A stretch of 64,000 nucleotides of DNA, from the NCBI GenBank assembly GCA_017993955.1, contig JAGOLR010000005.1, forward strand, positions 28 to 64,027, in the 5' to 3' direction. This document shows, piece by piece, positions 52,283-62,337 of the stretch. The stretch comes from Candidatus Omnitrophota bacterium (lineage in GTDB: Bacteria; Omnitrophota; Gorgyraeia; 2-01-FULL-45-10). Within the stretch, counting starts at the first letter, position 1; every line of letters begins with the position of its first letter. The notes under the pieces were generated by a model. It was not told the DNA's origin. It made no database searches and worked only from the letters and a program-made list of their open reading frames with translations. Made by a program: the position numbers and the translations under genes.

Positions 52283-53643
52283 AGAGTTACGATGTCGCGA
52301 TAATTGGTTCCGGCCCGGGCGGTTATGTGGCCGCCCTTTATGCCTCCAGGCATAAGATAAATGTCTGCGTTATCGAAAAAGACCTGGTCGGCGGTACCTG
52401 CCTTAACCATGGCTGTATTCCTACAAAATCTTTCCTAAATTCAGCTTCAATAATAAATACCATCAAGTCCGCATCCGGGTTCGGGATAGATGTCGAAGGG
52501 TTCCGCATCGACTTTCAGAAGATATCAGGCAGAAAAGACGAGGTGGTCTCTAGGCTAAGGACCGGTATAGAGACTCTTTTTAAGGCCAATAATATAGACC
52601 TTATAAAAGGCGTCGCGCGTTTATCGGGTCCTCATAGCATAATCATAAACGAAGCCGAGACGATAAATTCGCAGAATATTATCGTAGCCGTGGGTTCAAG
52701 CGCTGCAGAACTAGCCGGGATCAGTTTTGATCATTCCTCGATACTTTCCAGCTCCAGCGTCCTGGATCTCAAGCAGCTCCCGGCCTCGATGTGTGTTATC
52801 GGCGGCGGCGTGATAGGATGCGAGTTTGCAAGTTTTTTTAATGCCCTGGGTACAAAGGTTACCATAATAGAACTTATGGATCGCCTGATACCTATGCAAT
52901 CCAGGGAAGTCTCAAGAAAAATTGATACGATTTTCAGAAAAAAAGGCATAGATGTCTTCACATCCTCAAAAATAGAATCGATAGAGAATCCGGGCCCTCT
53001 GAAGATAAAGACCGATAAAGGCGCCGAGTTCTTTACCGAAAAAGTCCTTGTATCGGTAGGCCGCAGACCGAATACTGCCGGTTTAGGTCTTGAGGAGGCG
53101 GGTGTGAAGATGGACCAGTCCAGGGTGCGGGTGGACGAAGACCTCAGAACTACGGTCCCCGGCATATATGCGATAGGCGATTGCGTCGTAGGCCCGTTAT
53201 TGGCCCACAAAGCATCATATGACGGGATATTGGCCTGCGATAACATAATGGGGAAATCCCGCAAAGTAGATTATTCCAATATACCAAGCTGCATATGGAC
53301 AGAACCGCAGATCGCCAGTGTAGGACTTAGCGAGGATGACGCCCGGTCCAGGCTTACCGATGTTAAAATAGCAAAGTTCCCGTATTTGGCCTCAGGGAAG
53401 GCGTATCTCCTCGGAAAACATGAAGGATTTGTTAAGATAATCGGTACTTCAAAAGGTGATATACTGGGTGTGGAGATCTTTGGAGAAGAGGCCTGCGAGC
53501 TCATAGGCGAGGCGGTATTGGCCAAGACGTCGGGAATAAATATAAAGGACTGGGCCGGTATAGTCCATGGGCATCCCACGCTTTCAGAGATACTGCAAGA
53601 GGCTGCCCATGTTTTCTGCGGGACTGGAATACACACCGTATGA
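52279..53643 (+). CDS. lpd: dihydrolipoyl dehydrogenase
   Basis: 454 aa, FAD motif GSGPGGY and redox disulfide GGTCLNHGCIPTK. Confidence 0.9.
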   Translation: MKSYDVAIIGSGPGGYVAALYASRHKINVCVIEKDLVGGTCLNHGCIPTKSFLNSASIINTIKSASGFGIDVEGFRIDFQKISGRKDEVVSRLRTGIETLFKANNIDLIKGVARLSGPHSIIINEAETINSQNIIVAVGSSAAELAGISFDHSSILSSSSVLDLKQLPASMCVIGGGVIGCEFASFFNALGTKVTIIELMDRLIPMQSREVSRKIDTIFRKKGIDVFTSSKIESIENPGPLKIKTDKGAEFFTEKVLVSVGRRPNTAGLGLEEAGVKMDQSRVRVDEDLRTTVPGIYAIGDCVVGPLLAHKASYDGILACDNIMGKSRKVDYSNIPSCIWTEPQIASVGLSEDDARSRLTDVKIAKFPYLASGKAYLLGKHEGFVKIIGTSKGDILGVEIFGEEACELIGEAVLAKTSGINIKDWAGIVHGHPTLSEILQEAAHVFCGTGIHTV

Positions 53644-54284
53644 TTTGCGATCTAGGGCTTACTGACTACGAATACTCCTATAGGTTTCAGAAGGAGTTTG
53701 TAACACGCCGAAAGCTAGGCGAGATCGAGGATTCTATAATAATAACAGAGCATACGCCGGTTTTTACCATAGGCAGAGTAGGTAATCCGGCAAATCTTCT
53801 TGTTGATGAAAATTCTTTGGTGGCTCAAGGTATAAAAGTTATGCGGGTCGATCGAGGCGGGGATATAACATGTCACATGCCGGGCCAGCTTGTGGTATAT
53901 CCGGTAATAGATCTTAAGAAACGGACTAAGGATTTGCGCAGGTATCTGAGGGATTTGGAAGAGGTCGCTATAAACTTCCTGGCCAGATTCGGAATATTGG
54001 CGGTCCGCATCGAAGGCATGACCGGCGTATGGGTGGATGGAAAAAAAATAACTTCGATCGGTGTCGGCGCCAGTGATTGGGTGACATACCACGGTATGAG
54101 CATAAATATCAGGAATGACCTGCATTATTTTTCCATGATAAACCCATGCGGCATGCCGCAGGCGAAGGCTACATCCATAGAAACGATATTGTCGAAGACT
54201 GTAGATATGAACGAAGCAAAATTGTTATTGATACGCGAATTTTACCGCGTATTTAGCCTGCAACATGAAAGATTGGCCAACTGA
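53640..54284 (+). CDS. lipB: octanoyltransferase
   Basis: 214 aa RVDRGGDITCHMPGQLVVYPV. Confidence 0.85.
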   Translation: MICDLGLTDYEYSYRFQKEFVTRRKLGEIEDSIIITEHTPVFTIGRVGNPANLLVDENSLVAQGIKVMRVDRGGDITCHMPGQLVVYPVIDLKKRTKDLRRYLRDLEEVAINFLARFGILAVRIEGMTGVWVDGKKITSIGVGASDWVTYHGMSINIRNDLHYFSMINPCGMPQAKATSIETILSKTVDMNEAKLLLIREFYRVFSLQHERLAN

Positions 54285-54298
54285 ATCGGAGGTTGTCG

Positions 54299-54529
54299 AT
54301 GATCGAGGTGAAATTGCCTGAACTTGCTAAAGGGGTTAATAAGGCAAGCGTATCTTATTGGCACCGCTCTGCGGGAGACGCGGTCAAGGAAGGCGAAGAC
54401 CTGGTTGAACTTGTTACCGATAAGGCGACATTTAATATGCCTTCACCAGCATCCGGGGTGTTAAAGAAGGTGCTTGCGGTGGAGGGCGCGGAAGTTACGG
54501 TTGGGCAGGTCTTGGCGCACATAGAGTAA
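54299..54529 (+). CDS. free-standing lipoyl-domain protein (E2-type lipoyl attachment motif)
   Basis: About 76 aa, VTDKATFNMPSPASGVL with the lipoyl-lysine in a TDKA context. GGAGG RBS 6 nt upstream of the ATG at 54299. Confidence 0.7.
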   Translation: MIEVKLPELAKGVNKASVSYWHRSAGDAVKEGEDLVELVTDKATFNMPSPASGVLKKVLAVEGAEVTVGQVLAHIE

Positions 54530-54531
54530 AA

Positions 54532-55650
54532 ATGGGTTCGAAAAAAGCTCTCCTTTTATATATATCAGAACATTCCGGCCATCATTGCGCCAGTAATGCC
54601 ATAGAGCGCGCATTGAAGGCCATAGACCATTCCATACAGACGCTCAATATTAATTCGTTTAATTACACAAACCCGATACTCGAGAAGGTGATAAACCGAG
54701 CGTATATGGGAGTCGTAAAAAGGACCCCGGAAATATGGGACTATCTTTACGACAATCCCAAAGTGCTTAAAAATACCCAGAGATTGCGCGAGCTGTTTCA
54801 TAAATTCAATACCGGGAAACTTAAGAACCTTCTGGATGACTTTAAACCGAGCGTCGTTATCTGCACCCAGGCCTTTCCCTGCGGTATGGTCGCGGATTAT
54901 AAAAAGACATTCGGGCTGGATATTCCACTAATAGGCATACTTACAGACTACGCGCCACACTCGTACTGGATATATAACAATGTTGACCTGTATATAGTCC
55001 CGTCTCCATCCACCGGGCAGAAATTGGTCGACGACGGAGTCGACCCTTCAAAGGTGATGGTGTGCGGGATACCGATAGAGTCAAGATTTGCTAAAAAAAA
55101 GAACCGAAGCGAAATATGCAGTAATCTTGGTCTGGACTTATCCAAACCCTGCGTTTTGATCATGGGCGGTACGCAAGGTCTGGGACCCATAAAAGAGCTG
55201 GTTCGCGCTCTTGATGAGTCGCCACTGGACGCGCAGTTTGTGGTCGCTGCCGGCACAAACAAAAAACTGTGGAGATGGTTGCGCCGCCATAAGTTCAAAA
55301 AGAAAGCGCTATGTTTCGCATATACTGATAATATAGATGAGCTTATGGAAGCGTCGACTTTGGTAATTACAAAGCCAGGCGGCATAACAACAGCCGAGGC
55401 CCTTGCCAAAGGCCTCCCGATGCTTATAGTGAACCCGCTGCCAGGTCAAGAGGCCATGAATACCAAGTTTCTCCTTTCCGAAGGCGTGGCTATAAAAGCC
55501 TCTAGCCCCCAGGATGCCGTGGTCCTGGTGGAAGAGCTTCTGTATAACAAAGATAAGCTGACCTTTATGAGCGAGAAGGCGCGCTCTTTGGCTAGGCCGG
55601 ATAGCGCTGTCCAGATCGCCGAGCTAGCGCTGGAGCTTGCAAGATCTTGA
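54532..55650 (+). CDS. glycosyltransferase family 28 (MGDG-synthase-like / MurG-like)
   Basis: 372 aa. N-terminal MGDG-synthase-like region and C-terminal GT28 motif ITKPGGITTAEALAKGLPM. Confidence 0.75.
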   Translation: MGSKKALLLYISEHSGHHCASNAIERALKAIDHSIQTLNINSFNYTNPILEKVINRAYMGVVKRTPEIWDYLYDNPKVLKNTQRLRELFHKFNTGKLKNLLDDFKPSVVICTQAFPCGMVADYKKTFGLDIPLIGILTDYAPHSYWIYNNVDLYIVPSPSTGQKLVDDGVDPSKVMVCGIPIESRFAKKKNRSEICSNLGLDLSKPCVLIMGGTQGLGPIKELVRALDESPLDAQFVVAAGTNKKLWRWLRRHKFKKKALCFAYTDNIDELMEASTLVITKPGGITTAEALAKGLPMLIVNPLPGQEAMNTKFLLSEGVAIKASSPQDAVVLVEELLYNKDKLTFMSEKARSLARPDSAVQIAELALELARS

Positions 55651-55652
55651 TA

Positions 55653-56543
55653 ATGTACATCCTTTACAGGCTAGGGTATTTTATGTGCATGCGCCTACCA
55701 GTAAAGTTTACCTACAACATAGCCATGCTCTTCGCGGACCTTACCTTTTTTTTCTCGTCAAAGGACAGACGTGCCGTATACCAAAATCTCCGTATAATAA
55801 TGGGCCAAGATGCCTCGGCAGAACAGATACGCAAGGCTTCCAGAGAAGTATTCCGGAATTTTGCCAAGTATCTTGTAGATTTTTTCAGGTTTACGAAGAT
55901 AGATGAAGAGGTGATCAAGAAGACAGTTACTGTTAAAGGCGCCGAAAATATAGAAGAGGCTGTTTTAAGAAATAAAGGGGTGATATTTCTTTCGGCTCAC
56001 ATAGGTAATTGGGAACTGGCCGGATCGGTAATTTCATCATTAGGCTATCCTCTTTGCGCGGTTGCGTTGAAGCACCAAAATAAAAAGATAAATGATTTTT
56101 TTAACCGCCAACGAGGCTCGGCCAAGGTAAGATCAATAGAAATCGGGGCTTCGCTTAAGACTTGCTATCACGTGCTAAAGCAAAGCGGATTTTTAGGCCT
56201 GTTAGGTGACCGTGATTTTACCCGTACCGGAGTACCCACTCAATTTTTCGGAAGGACAGCCCTTTTGCCTAAAGGCCCGGCCGTATTTTCGTACAGGTTG
56301 AATGCCGCCATAGTCCCGGCATACCTTATCAGAAACAAGGATGACTCTTTCACATTTTTTATAGAAAAGCCGATAATACCGGAAAGCTACTCCAGTGAGG
56401 ACGAGGCCGTGGACGATCTTATGAAAAAGAGCGCCGCCTCTATAGAACGTTATGTCGGTCTTTATCCTTCGCAGTGGTTCGCTTTTAGAAATATATGGGA
56501 AGAGTATGAAAAAAAAGATATGCGTCCTCATACCGTCATATAA
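55653..56543 (+). CDS. LpxL/HtrB-family lysophospholipid / lipid A acyltransferase
   Basis: About 296 aa, HIGNWE acyltransferase motif, N-terminal TM. Confidence 0.75.
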   Translation: MYILYRLGYFMCMRLPVKFTYNIAMLFADLTFFFSSKDRRAVYQNLRIIMGQDASAEQIRKASREVFRNFAKYLVDFFRFTKIDEEVIKKTVTVKGAENIEEAVLRNKGVIFLSAHIGNWELAGSVISSLGYPLCAVALKHQNKKINDFFNRQRGSAKVRSIEIGASLKTCYHVLKQSGFLGLLGDRDFTRTGVPTQFFGRTALLPKGPAVFSYRLNAAIVPAYLIRNKDDSFTFFIEKPIIPESYSSEDEAVDDLMKKSAASIERYVGLYPSQWFAFRNIWEEYEKKDMRPHTVI

Positions 56544-57177
56544 TGAAGAGCGCGCGATAGGCGGTATTGTAAAGTCGCTGCGCGGCCGCGGGTTTACTAC
56601 CTACGTAGTAGACGATGGGTCCACCGACAAAACGGCAGAATTTGCCGCCGCAGAAGGCGCGGTGGTCGTTCAGCACAAGGTCAATAAGGGCAAGGGCGCG
56701 TCCATGAGAGAGGGTTTTAGCCATATTCTAAAACGCGGGTTCGAGCTTGTAGTGGTAATGGATGGCGACAATCAGCATGAAGTGGAAGATATAGACGCTT
56801 TTATATCAAGAATGGAAAATACCGGGGCGGATATGGTAGTCGGTAACAGGATGCACGATATTACGCTGATGCCTTCTGAAAGGGTGCATACTAATCGTTT
56901 TATGTCAGCCTTGATATCCATGATATCAGGCCAGAAGGTTCCCGATACCCAATGCGGTTTTCGTCTTATAAAAACAAGCTTACTTGAATCGATCCGGTTG
57001 GAGTCTTCGAATTACGAGATAGAATCAGAGATGATAATAAGGGCTGCTAAAAAGGGTTATCGCATAGAATCCGTTCCGATAAAGACTATATATAGAGACG
57101 AAAAAAGCTGTATTAATCCGGTATTAGATACGTTGAGATTTTTTTATTTCCTTATAAAGGTCTCCCTAAAACCTTGA
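56506..57177 (+). CDS. glycosyltransferase family 2 (dolichyl-phosphate mannose synthase-like)
   Basis: Start at MKKKICVLIPSYNEE (56506). DDGSTD and DGD motifs. 38-nt out-of-frame overlap with the upstream gene. Confidence 0.8.
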   Translation: MKKKICVLIPSYNEERAIGGIVKSLRGRGFTTYVVDDGSTDKTAEFAAAEGAVVVQHKVNKGKGASMREGFSHILKRGFELVVVMDGDNQHEVEDIDAFISRMENTGADMVVGNRMHDITLMPSERVHTNRFMSALISMISGQKVPDTQCGFRLIKTSLLESIRLESSNYEIESEMIIRAAKKGYRIESVPIKTIYRDEKSCINPVLDTLRFFYFLIKVSLKP

Positions 57178-57186
57178 AAGGGTTTT

Positions 57187-57825
57187 ATGGACCATGATAT
57201 CATGCGCGCGCGCATGGTTGAAGAGCAGCTCATCCCGCGCGGCATAAAAGATCCGCTGGTTCTTAAGGCATTCCGCAAAGTCCCGCGACATGAATTCGTA
57301 CCTGAGGCTCTACGCGATACCGCGTACGGCGACTATCCTTTGCCTATAGGCAACTCACAGACAATATCCCAACCTTATATCGTGGCGCTTATGACTGAAC
57401 AGCTTGGCTTGAAAGGCGGGGAACGCGTTTTAGAGATAGGTACCGGCAGCGGATATCAGGCTGCCATATTGGCCGAGATAGCGGGTCAGGTATATTCTGT
57501 GGAGAGGTTCTTTGAACTGGCAAAAGACGCCGCCGAGCGTCTTTCCCGCCTGGGATATAAAAATTTAAATATAAAGACAGGGGACGGGACATTGGGGTGG
57601 ATCGAGATGGCACCATTTGATGGTATAATAGTCACTGCCGGCTCTCCCGTGATACCGGAGAGTCTTCTAATGCAACTGGGGGCAAAAGGCCGGCTTGTCA
57701 TACCTATCGGCGACCGATGGAGTCAGATCTTGACCATGGTAGAAAAAAACGGTAAAAATATTCGGGAATCCCAGATATGCGGTTGCGTATTTGTTCCTCT
57801 TATAGGAAATGAAGGGTGGAAATAA
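57187..57825 (+). CDS. pcm: protein-L-isoaspartate O-methyltransferase
   Basis: 212 aa VLEIGTGSGYQAAILAE. Confidence 0.9.
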   Translation: MDHDIMRARMVEEQLIPRGIKDPLVLKAFRKVPRHEFVPEALRDTAYGDYPLPIGNSQTISQPYIVALMTEQLGLKGGERVLEIGTGSGYQAAILAEIAGQVYSVERFFELAKDAAERLSRLGYKNLNIKTGDGTLGWIEMAPFDGIIVTAGSPVIPESLLMQLGAKGRLVIPIGDRWSQILTMVEKNGKNIRESQICGCVFVPLIGNEGWK

Positions 57826-57828
57826 GGC

Positions 57829-58353
57829 ATGGGTAAGCTAATGCGCGGTTTGGTCCATATATACACAGGTAACGGTAAAGGCAAGACCACTGCCGCTTTC
57901 GGCCTCGCGGTCAGGGCTTCCGGCGCGGGGCTACGGGTTTCTATACAGCAATTTATCAAGGGTAGATTTTATAATGAGTCACGAGCCGTGTCCGCGATCC
58001 CTAATATTACGGTTAAGCAATGCGGGAACGGATGTTTCATAAAAGGTCGGCCCAAGTCTAAAGATATAGATTGCGCAAAACATGGCTTAAGCGCCTCTCT
58101 GCGCGATCTATTATCCGGCAGATTTGATGTTGTCATACTAGACGAGGTAAATGTAGCCATGGACCTTGGGCTTTTGAAAACTAGGGACGTCATAAAGTTT
58201 TTAAAAGATAAGCCTTATGGCGTAGAAGTTATATTAACCGGAAGAGGCTGTCCAAAAGCGTTATATCGCTACGCGGATTATGTAAGCGAAGTTCGCGATG
58301 TAAAACATCCGTATAGGCGAGGCGTAAAAGCCCGAAAAGGGATCGAATGTTGA
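57829..58353 (+). CDS. cobO: cob(I)yrinic acid a,c-diamide / corrinoid adenosyltransferase (CobO/BtuR type)
   Basis: 174 aa GLVHIYTGNGKGKTTAAFGLAVRASGAG. Confidence 0.85.
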   Translation: MGKLMRGLVHIYTGNGKGKTTAAFGLAVRASGAGLRVSIQQFIKGRFYNESRAVSAIPNITVKQCGNGCFIKGRPKSKDIDCAKHGLSASLRDLLSGRFDVVILDEVNVAMDLGLLKTRDVIKFLKDKPYGVEVILTGRGCPKALYRYADYVSEVRDVKHPYRRGVKARKGIEC

Positions 58354-58757
58354 AGGGGCATGCTTGTAAAAAAGAAGAGGTCTTAGAGGCCATGATGGCC
58401 TCTATGGGTATAAGCGAAAGAGATCTCGAAGAAAAGTTCGTACGGGCCAGGGGGAGAGGCGGTCAGAAGATAAATAAGACATCGGTTTGCGTTTACCTGA
58501 AACACAGGCCTTCGGGAATAGAAGTGAAATGTGACAAGGCCAGATCACAAACGTTAAACCGGTTTTTAGCTAGGCGCCTACTCTTGCTAAAGATAGATTC
58601 TGCGGTATCGGGCAAAGAGTCCGAGATAGAAAGAGAACGGGAAAAGATAAGGCGCCAGAAACGTCGCAGGTCTCGCAGGTCGAAGGAGAAGGTTTTGCGG
58701 GATAAAAAAATGCATTCGGAAAAAAAAGAGACGAGACGGAGGCCTGCGTGGGAATAG
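58347..58757 (+). CDS. arfB: ArfB/YaeJ-like peptidyl-tRNA hydrolase (RF-1 domain, GGQ motif) with basic C-terminal tail
   Basis: FVRARGRGGQKINKT plus a K/R-rich tail. The true start may lie a few codons downstream. Confidence 0.7.
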   Translation: MLKGHACKKEEVLEAMMASMGISERDLEEKFVRARGRGGQKINKTSVCVYLKHRPSGIEVKCDKARSQTLNRFLARRLLLLKIDSAVSGKESEIEREREKIRRQKRRRSRRSKEKVLRDKKMHSEKKETRRRPAWE

Positions 58758-58789
58758 ACTCGGCGCCTGCGCATGATTGATGCGGATTT

Positions 58790-59641
58790 ATGAAGGCAAA
58801 ATTTAAAAGATGGCGCGATAGACGCAAGTTCTTGGCTAGAGCGTTCAAAAGAATTATTTATTCCATCATTTTTATCGGTGTCGTTTATATATCCGCAGTT
58901 TGGGTATTGCCGAGGATCCATCTGGCGGGATCAAGAAATATCGATCCAGGCGTTGTGTCCGCGTATTACGACCTTCTGTCAAAACATGCTGAATCTTCTA
59001 AGGCGATAGTGCTTGATCTGGGAAAGGGAACCGATAGCCTGGGGGTGGCGCTTGACAGGCTAAAGGAGGTTATGGGATTAGGCGCATACGCCATATCCCT
59101 GGAAAGCCACAATAATGATAAGCCGCCGGCGTATATAACCGATTACGGATACGGCAGGATGAAGATATTCGTATCTGACAAGATAAAAAAGAGGCGGGAG
59201 AAATTAAACCTCCTAGTCCATGAGCTTGGTCATGTATATGTGAAGAGACTGGACAGATCTGTTTTTGGCGACCTCGATCAGGAGAAGCTCGTCGATTGCG
59301 CCGGAGTTTTTTTGGGTTTGGGAGTTTTAACGTTGAACGGACTTACGGACGATTTCGTCCTGCTCCTGGGCGGAGGTTATGAAGAAAAAAAGAAAAGTTT
59401 CGGGTATCTGAATCCGGAACAATACGGCTATTTACTGGCCAGATATTGCGCCGACCGTGGGATACGATATGATATCGTAAGGCCGTATCTTAACCAGACG
59501 GGCAAAAAATACTTTGATATGGGTTGCGGCTATATTCGTAATACCAGATATCGCGGGAATAATTATGCCGGCTCGGTATGGGGGTTAATATGGAAAGATG
59601 ATTCCTCAGAGCCGGAACGTCTTTCGCTTGCCGGGGAGTGA
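58790..59641 (+). CDS. membrane-anchored putative zinc metallopeptidase (HExxH), function unknown
   Basis: 283 aa, N-terminal [32 protein letters not shown] motif. Confidence 0.5.
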   Translation: MKAKFKRWRDRRKFLARAFKRIIYSIIFIGVVYISAVWVLPRIHLAGSRNIDPGVVSAYYDLLSKHAESSKAIVLDLGKGTDSLGVALDRLKEVMGLGAYAISLESHNNDKPPAYITDYGYGRMKIFVSDKIKKRREKLNLLVHELGHVYVKRLDRSVFGDLDQEKLVDCAGVFLGLGVLTLNGLTDDFVLLLGGGYEEKKKSFGYLNPEQYGYLLARYCADRGIRYDIVRPYLNQTGKKYFDMGCGYIRNTRYRGNNYAGSVWGLIWKDDSSEPERLSLAGE

Positions 59642-59645
59642 AAAC

Positions 59646-59894
59646 ATGTCTTCGCCTGTTCCAAAGATCCGGCTTGAAAAGAGGCGCGGCAAGACCGTTA
59701 CGGTAATATCCGGCCTTCACACCTATGGTTCGTCTAGGCTCGAGAATATTGCCAAAGAACTTAAGATCAGGCTCGGTACGGGCGGCACAGTTAAGAACGG
59801 AGCGATAGAAATACAGGGTGAAAAAATTTCCGATATAAAAAAATGGTTCGACAACCATCTCTCGGGAGGCTGTAAGAATAAGCCGGGAATTTAA
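59646..59894 (+). CDS. yciH: translation initiation factor SUI1/YciH family
   Basis: About 82 aa [24 protein letters not shown]... Confidence 0.8.
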   Translation: MSSPVPKIRLEKRRGKTVTVISGLHTYGSSRLENIAKELKIRLGTGGTVKNGAIEIQGEKISDIKKWFDNHLSGGCKNKPGI

Positions 59895-59903
59895 ATAATT
59901 CGG

Positions 59904-59931
59904 TTGACAACTTTCGATAATGAAGTATAAT
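59904..59931 (+). promoter_or_regulatory. consensus sigma-70 promoter TTGACA - 16 nt - TATAAT upstream of the riboswitch
   Basis: TTGACA at 59904-59909 and TATAAT at 59926-59931. Confidence 0.6.
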
Positions 59932-59944
59932 TATTCCGATCTTT

Positions 59945-60285
59945 AAAACTATACAATATATGGGTGCCCGGAAGGGCTTAAAAGGGAATCCCCGAAAATT
60001 TTAAAAGGGGAACGGTCCCGCCGCTGTATGGGATGACGAAATTCGAACCAAGCCATTGCCCCGCCATTTTTTAAAGAAAGAGCGGGACGAGAAGGCGCGA
60101 AGATTAGGATGATTCCCGAGTCAGAAGACCTACCTATATAATAAGCGTAAAGTGTAAAGCGAAAAGTGTAAAACAAGACTTAGTAGCCAAGCATTACGCC
60201 TGATGCGCGATACATCAGAATATACGGGTTTGTAAAAAGGGAACTTACCCTCGGTATTTTTTGCCGGGGGTTTTTTATTTGGAAA
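59945..60285 (+). ncRNA. cobalamin (B12) riboswitch with terminator-type expression platform
   Basis: GGTGCCCGGAAGGGC...AAAAGGGAATCC...GGTCCCGCCGCTGTATGG resembles the B12-element core, with GCCGCTG in place of the B12-box GCCACTG. Followed by terminator hairpin CCCTCGG-TATTTTTTG-CCGGGGG plus TTTTTT (60248-60280). The downstream gene is a TonB-dependent receptor. Confidence 0.6.
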
Positions 60286-60297
60286 AGGATTGATTTT

Positions 60298-62337
60298 ATG
60301 AATAAATTAGTGATATTGTTTGCTCTCGCCGCTATGTGCGCAACGAACGCTATTGCCGAGGAACAACCGCAGGCCCCTCAGCGCTTAGACCCTATTGTGG
60401 TAACTGCGGCCAGGGTACCGCAAAGACCTTCCGGGAGCCTGTTCGGAACTACTATCCTGCAGTCAAATAAAAGCGTAGATGTAATAACGCAGGAAGATAT
60501 AAAACGTTCTCCCGCTCGAACCGTCCCGGAATTGCTTAAAGGACGGGTTGGTGTATGTGTAAAAGAGTACACCGGAAACGGCAAGACCGCTCAGGTCGAC
60601 ATAAGAGGCTTTGGGGAGACGGCGCCGTCAAATGTATTGGTTCTTATAGACGGAAGGCGCGCCAATCAGAACGATATTTCCGGCACCGATTGGCTTCAGA
60701 TAGACGTGAATTCTGTCGAGCGTATAGAGATAGTGCGAGGACCGCAGTCCGTGCTTTACGGTGACAATGCAGTCGGAGGGGTTATAAATATAATAACAAA
60801 ACGTGGCACCGGTAAGCCGTACGAAGCGGGAGCAGGCTACGATGTAGGTAGCTATCACTATAACTCTTATAACGTTCACGCCCTTGGAGGCAGTAATTTT
60901 CTGGACTATTCGCTAAATGTCGATAATGCCACAACCAGCGGTTACCGCGGGAATTCGGATCTCGAGAATATCGACTTTACCAATACATATACTGTTAAAC
61001 CGGCCGATTTTTTCAATTTAAGGTTTGACGGCGGCTACCACAAAGATTGGTTCGGCATGCCTGGCAGTGTAACCGATATGCAGATAGAGCGTGACGGATG
61101 GAGGGCCTGCGATGATCCGGGTAACCGCGGGAAGACCGAGGACGGGTATATGACTGCCGGGCTGGATTTTTTCGGGTTCGGCAAAAACGACGGCACCGCA
61201 GTTACTGTGGATATACTCACAAGGAATAGACGGTCGGCCACATTGTCCTTCTTCACTCCTAATTGGTACGAAAATAACAGCCATATAAGAACGTTCGGGG
61301 TAACGCCGAAGGCAACGGTTGAGTTCGAGATAGCGGGCATGAAAAACAGACTTGTCTTCGGAGCCGATTATTACCTTTACAGAAACAGCATTCTGGGAAC
61401 CAACTGGGCAAATGTCCTGTTTGGAGACGGCCGCCAGAAGGACCTTATAAATATAGAAGAACAGACTCTGGGCATATACGCATCAGATAGCTTTGAGATT
61501 ATGCCGCGCTTGAGTATCGGGGGCGGGGCCAGAGGGGAGTGGTCCGGATTCCATTTTGACCAGCAGTATATAACCCCGAATGTAAGCGACAAGCGCTCAT
61601 TTGATTACGCCTTTGACTGCGGAGTGAATTACAGATATAATGATGATTCGGCGGTATATGCCAATATCGCGCGCTCTTTCAGATTACCGGCCATAGACGA
61701 ATGGTACCAGAGCACTATAACTGTATTCGGTACGGTATCGGGCGGGTTGAATCTCGATCTTGAACCGCAGACGGGTATGAATTATGAGATCGGATTCAGG
61801 GACAATACAATAAAGTGGTTAAAGGTAAACGCCGATTATTTTATCATGGATACACAGCATGAGCTTTTTTACGATCCCGTAAATTATGTCAATATGATCT
61901 ATGACCGCACAATGAGGCACGGGTTGGAGCTGGAAACCCATCTTCTGGCCGGAGACGATACCGACATCTTTGCCAGATATACGTATCAAAACGTATTTTT
62001 TGTCGGAGGCAGATACGCCGGCAATACCATACCGATGGTCCCGCAACACATGCTGACGTGGGGTATATCTTATACCTTCATGGATTGCGTAGATGTCGAT
62101 TATAAATTTAATTTTGCGGGACCCAGATATTCAGTAAGCGACCAGCGCAACGTAGACAGAAAGCTTAAACAGTATATTACGAATGATATCCGGGTAGGAT
62201 ACAATAAGCACGGCTTTGAAGTTTACGGCGCTTTGAACAATATATTCGACTATAAATATTCCGATATCGGTGCGTGGGGGGCTTATTATCCCGCAAACGG
62301 ACGTAATTATGTCATAGGGGTAAAACAAAAATTTTGA
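60298..62337 (+). CDS. btuB-like: TonB-dependent outer-membrane receptor (BtuB-like)
   Basis: 679 aa. Signal peptide, TonB box DPIVVTAAR, plug plus beta-barrel, C-terminal aromatic residue (...KQKF). Confidence 0.85.
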   Translation: MNKLVILFALAAMCATNAIAEEQPQAPQRLDPIVVTAARVPQRPSGSLFGTTILQSNKSVDVITQEDIKRSPARTVPELLKGRVGVCVKEYTGNGKTAQVDIRGFGETAPSNVLVLIDGRRANQNDISGTDWLQIDVNSVERIEIVRGPQSVLYGDNAVGGVINIITKRGTGKPYEAGAGYDVGSYHYNSYNVHALGGSNFLDYSLNVDNATTSGYRGNSDLENIDFTNTYTVKPADFFNLRFDGGYHKDWFGMPGSVTDMQIERDGWRACDDPGNRGKTEDGYMTAGLDFFGFGKNDGTAVTVDILTRNRRSATLSFFTPNWYENNSHIRTFGVTPKATVEFEIAGMKNRLVFGADYYLYRNSILGTNWANVLFGDGRQKDLINIEEQTLGIYASDSFEIMPRLSIGGGARGEWSGFHFDQQYITPNVSDKRSFDYAFDCGVNYRYNDDSAVYANIARSFRLPAIDEWYQSTITVFGTVSGGLNLDLEPQTGMNYEIGFRDNTIKWLKVNADYFIMDTQHELFYDPVNYVNMIYDRTMRHGLELETHLLAGDDTDIFARYTYQNVFFVGGRYAGNTIPMVPQHMLTWGISYTFMDCVDVDYKFNFAGPRYSVSDQRNVDRKLKQYITNDIRVGYNKHGFEVYGALNNIFDYKYSDIGAWGAYYPANGRNYVIGVKQKF

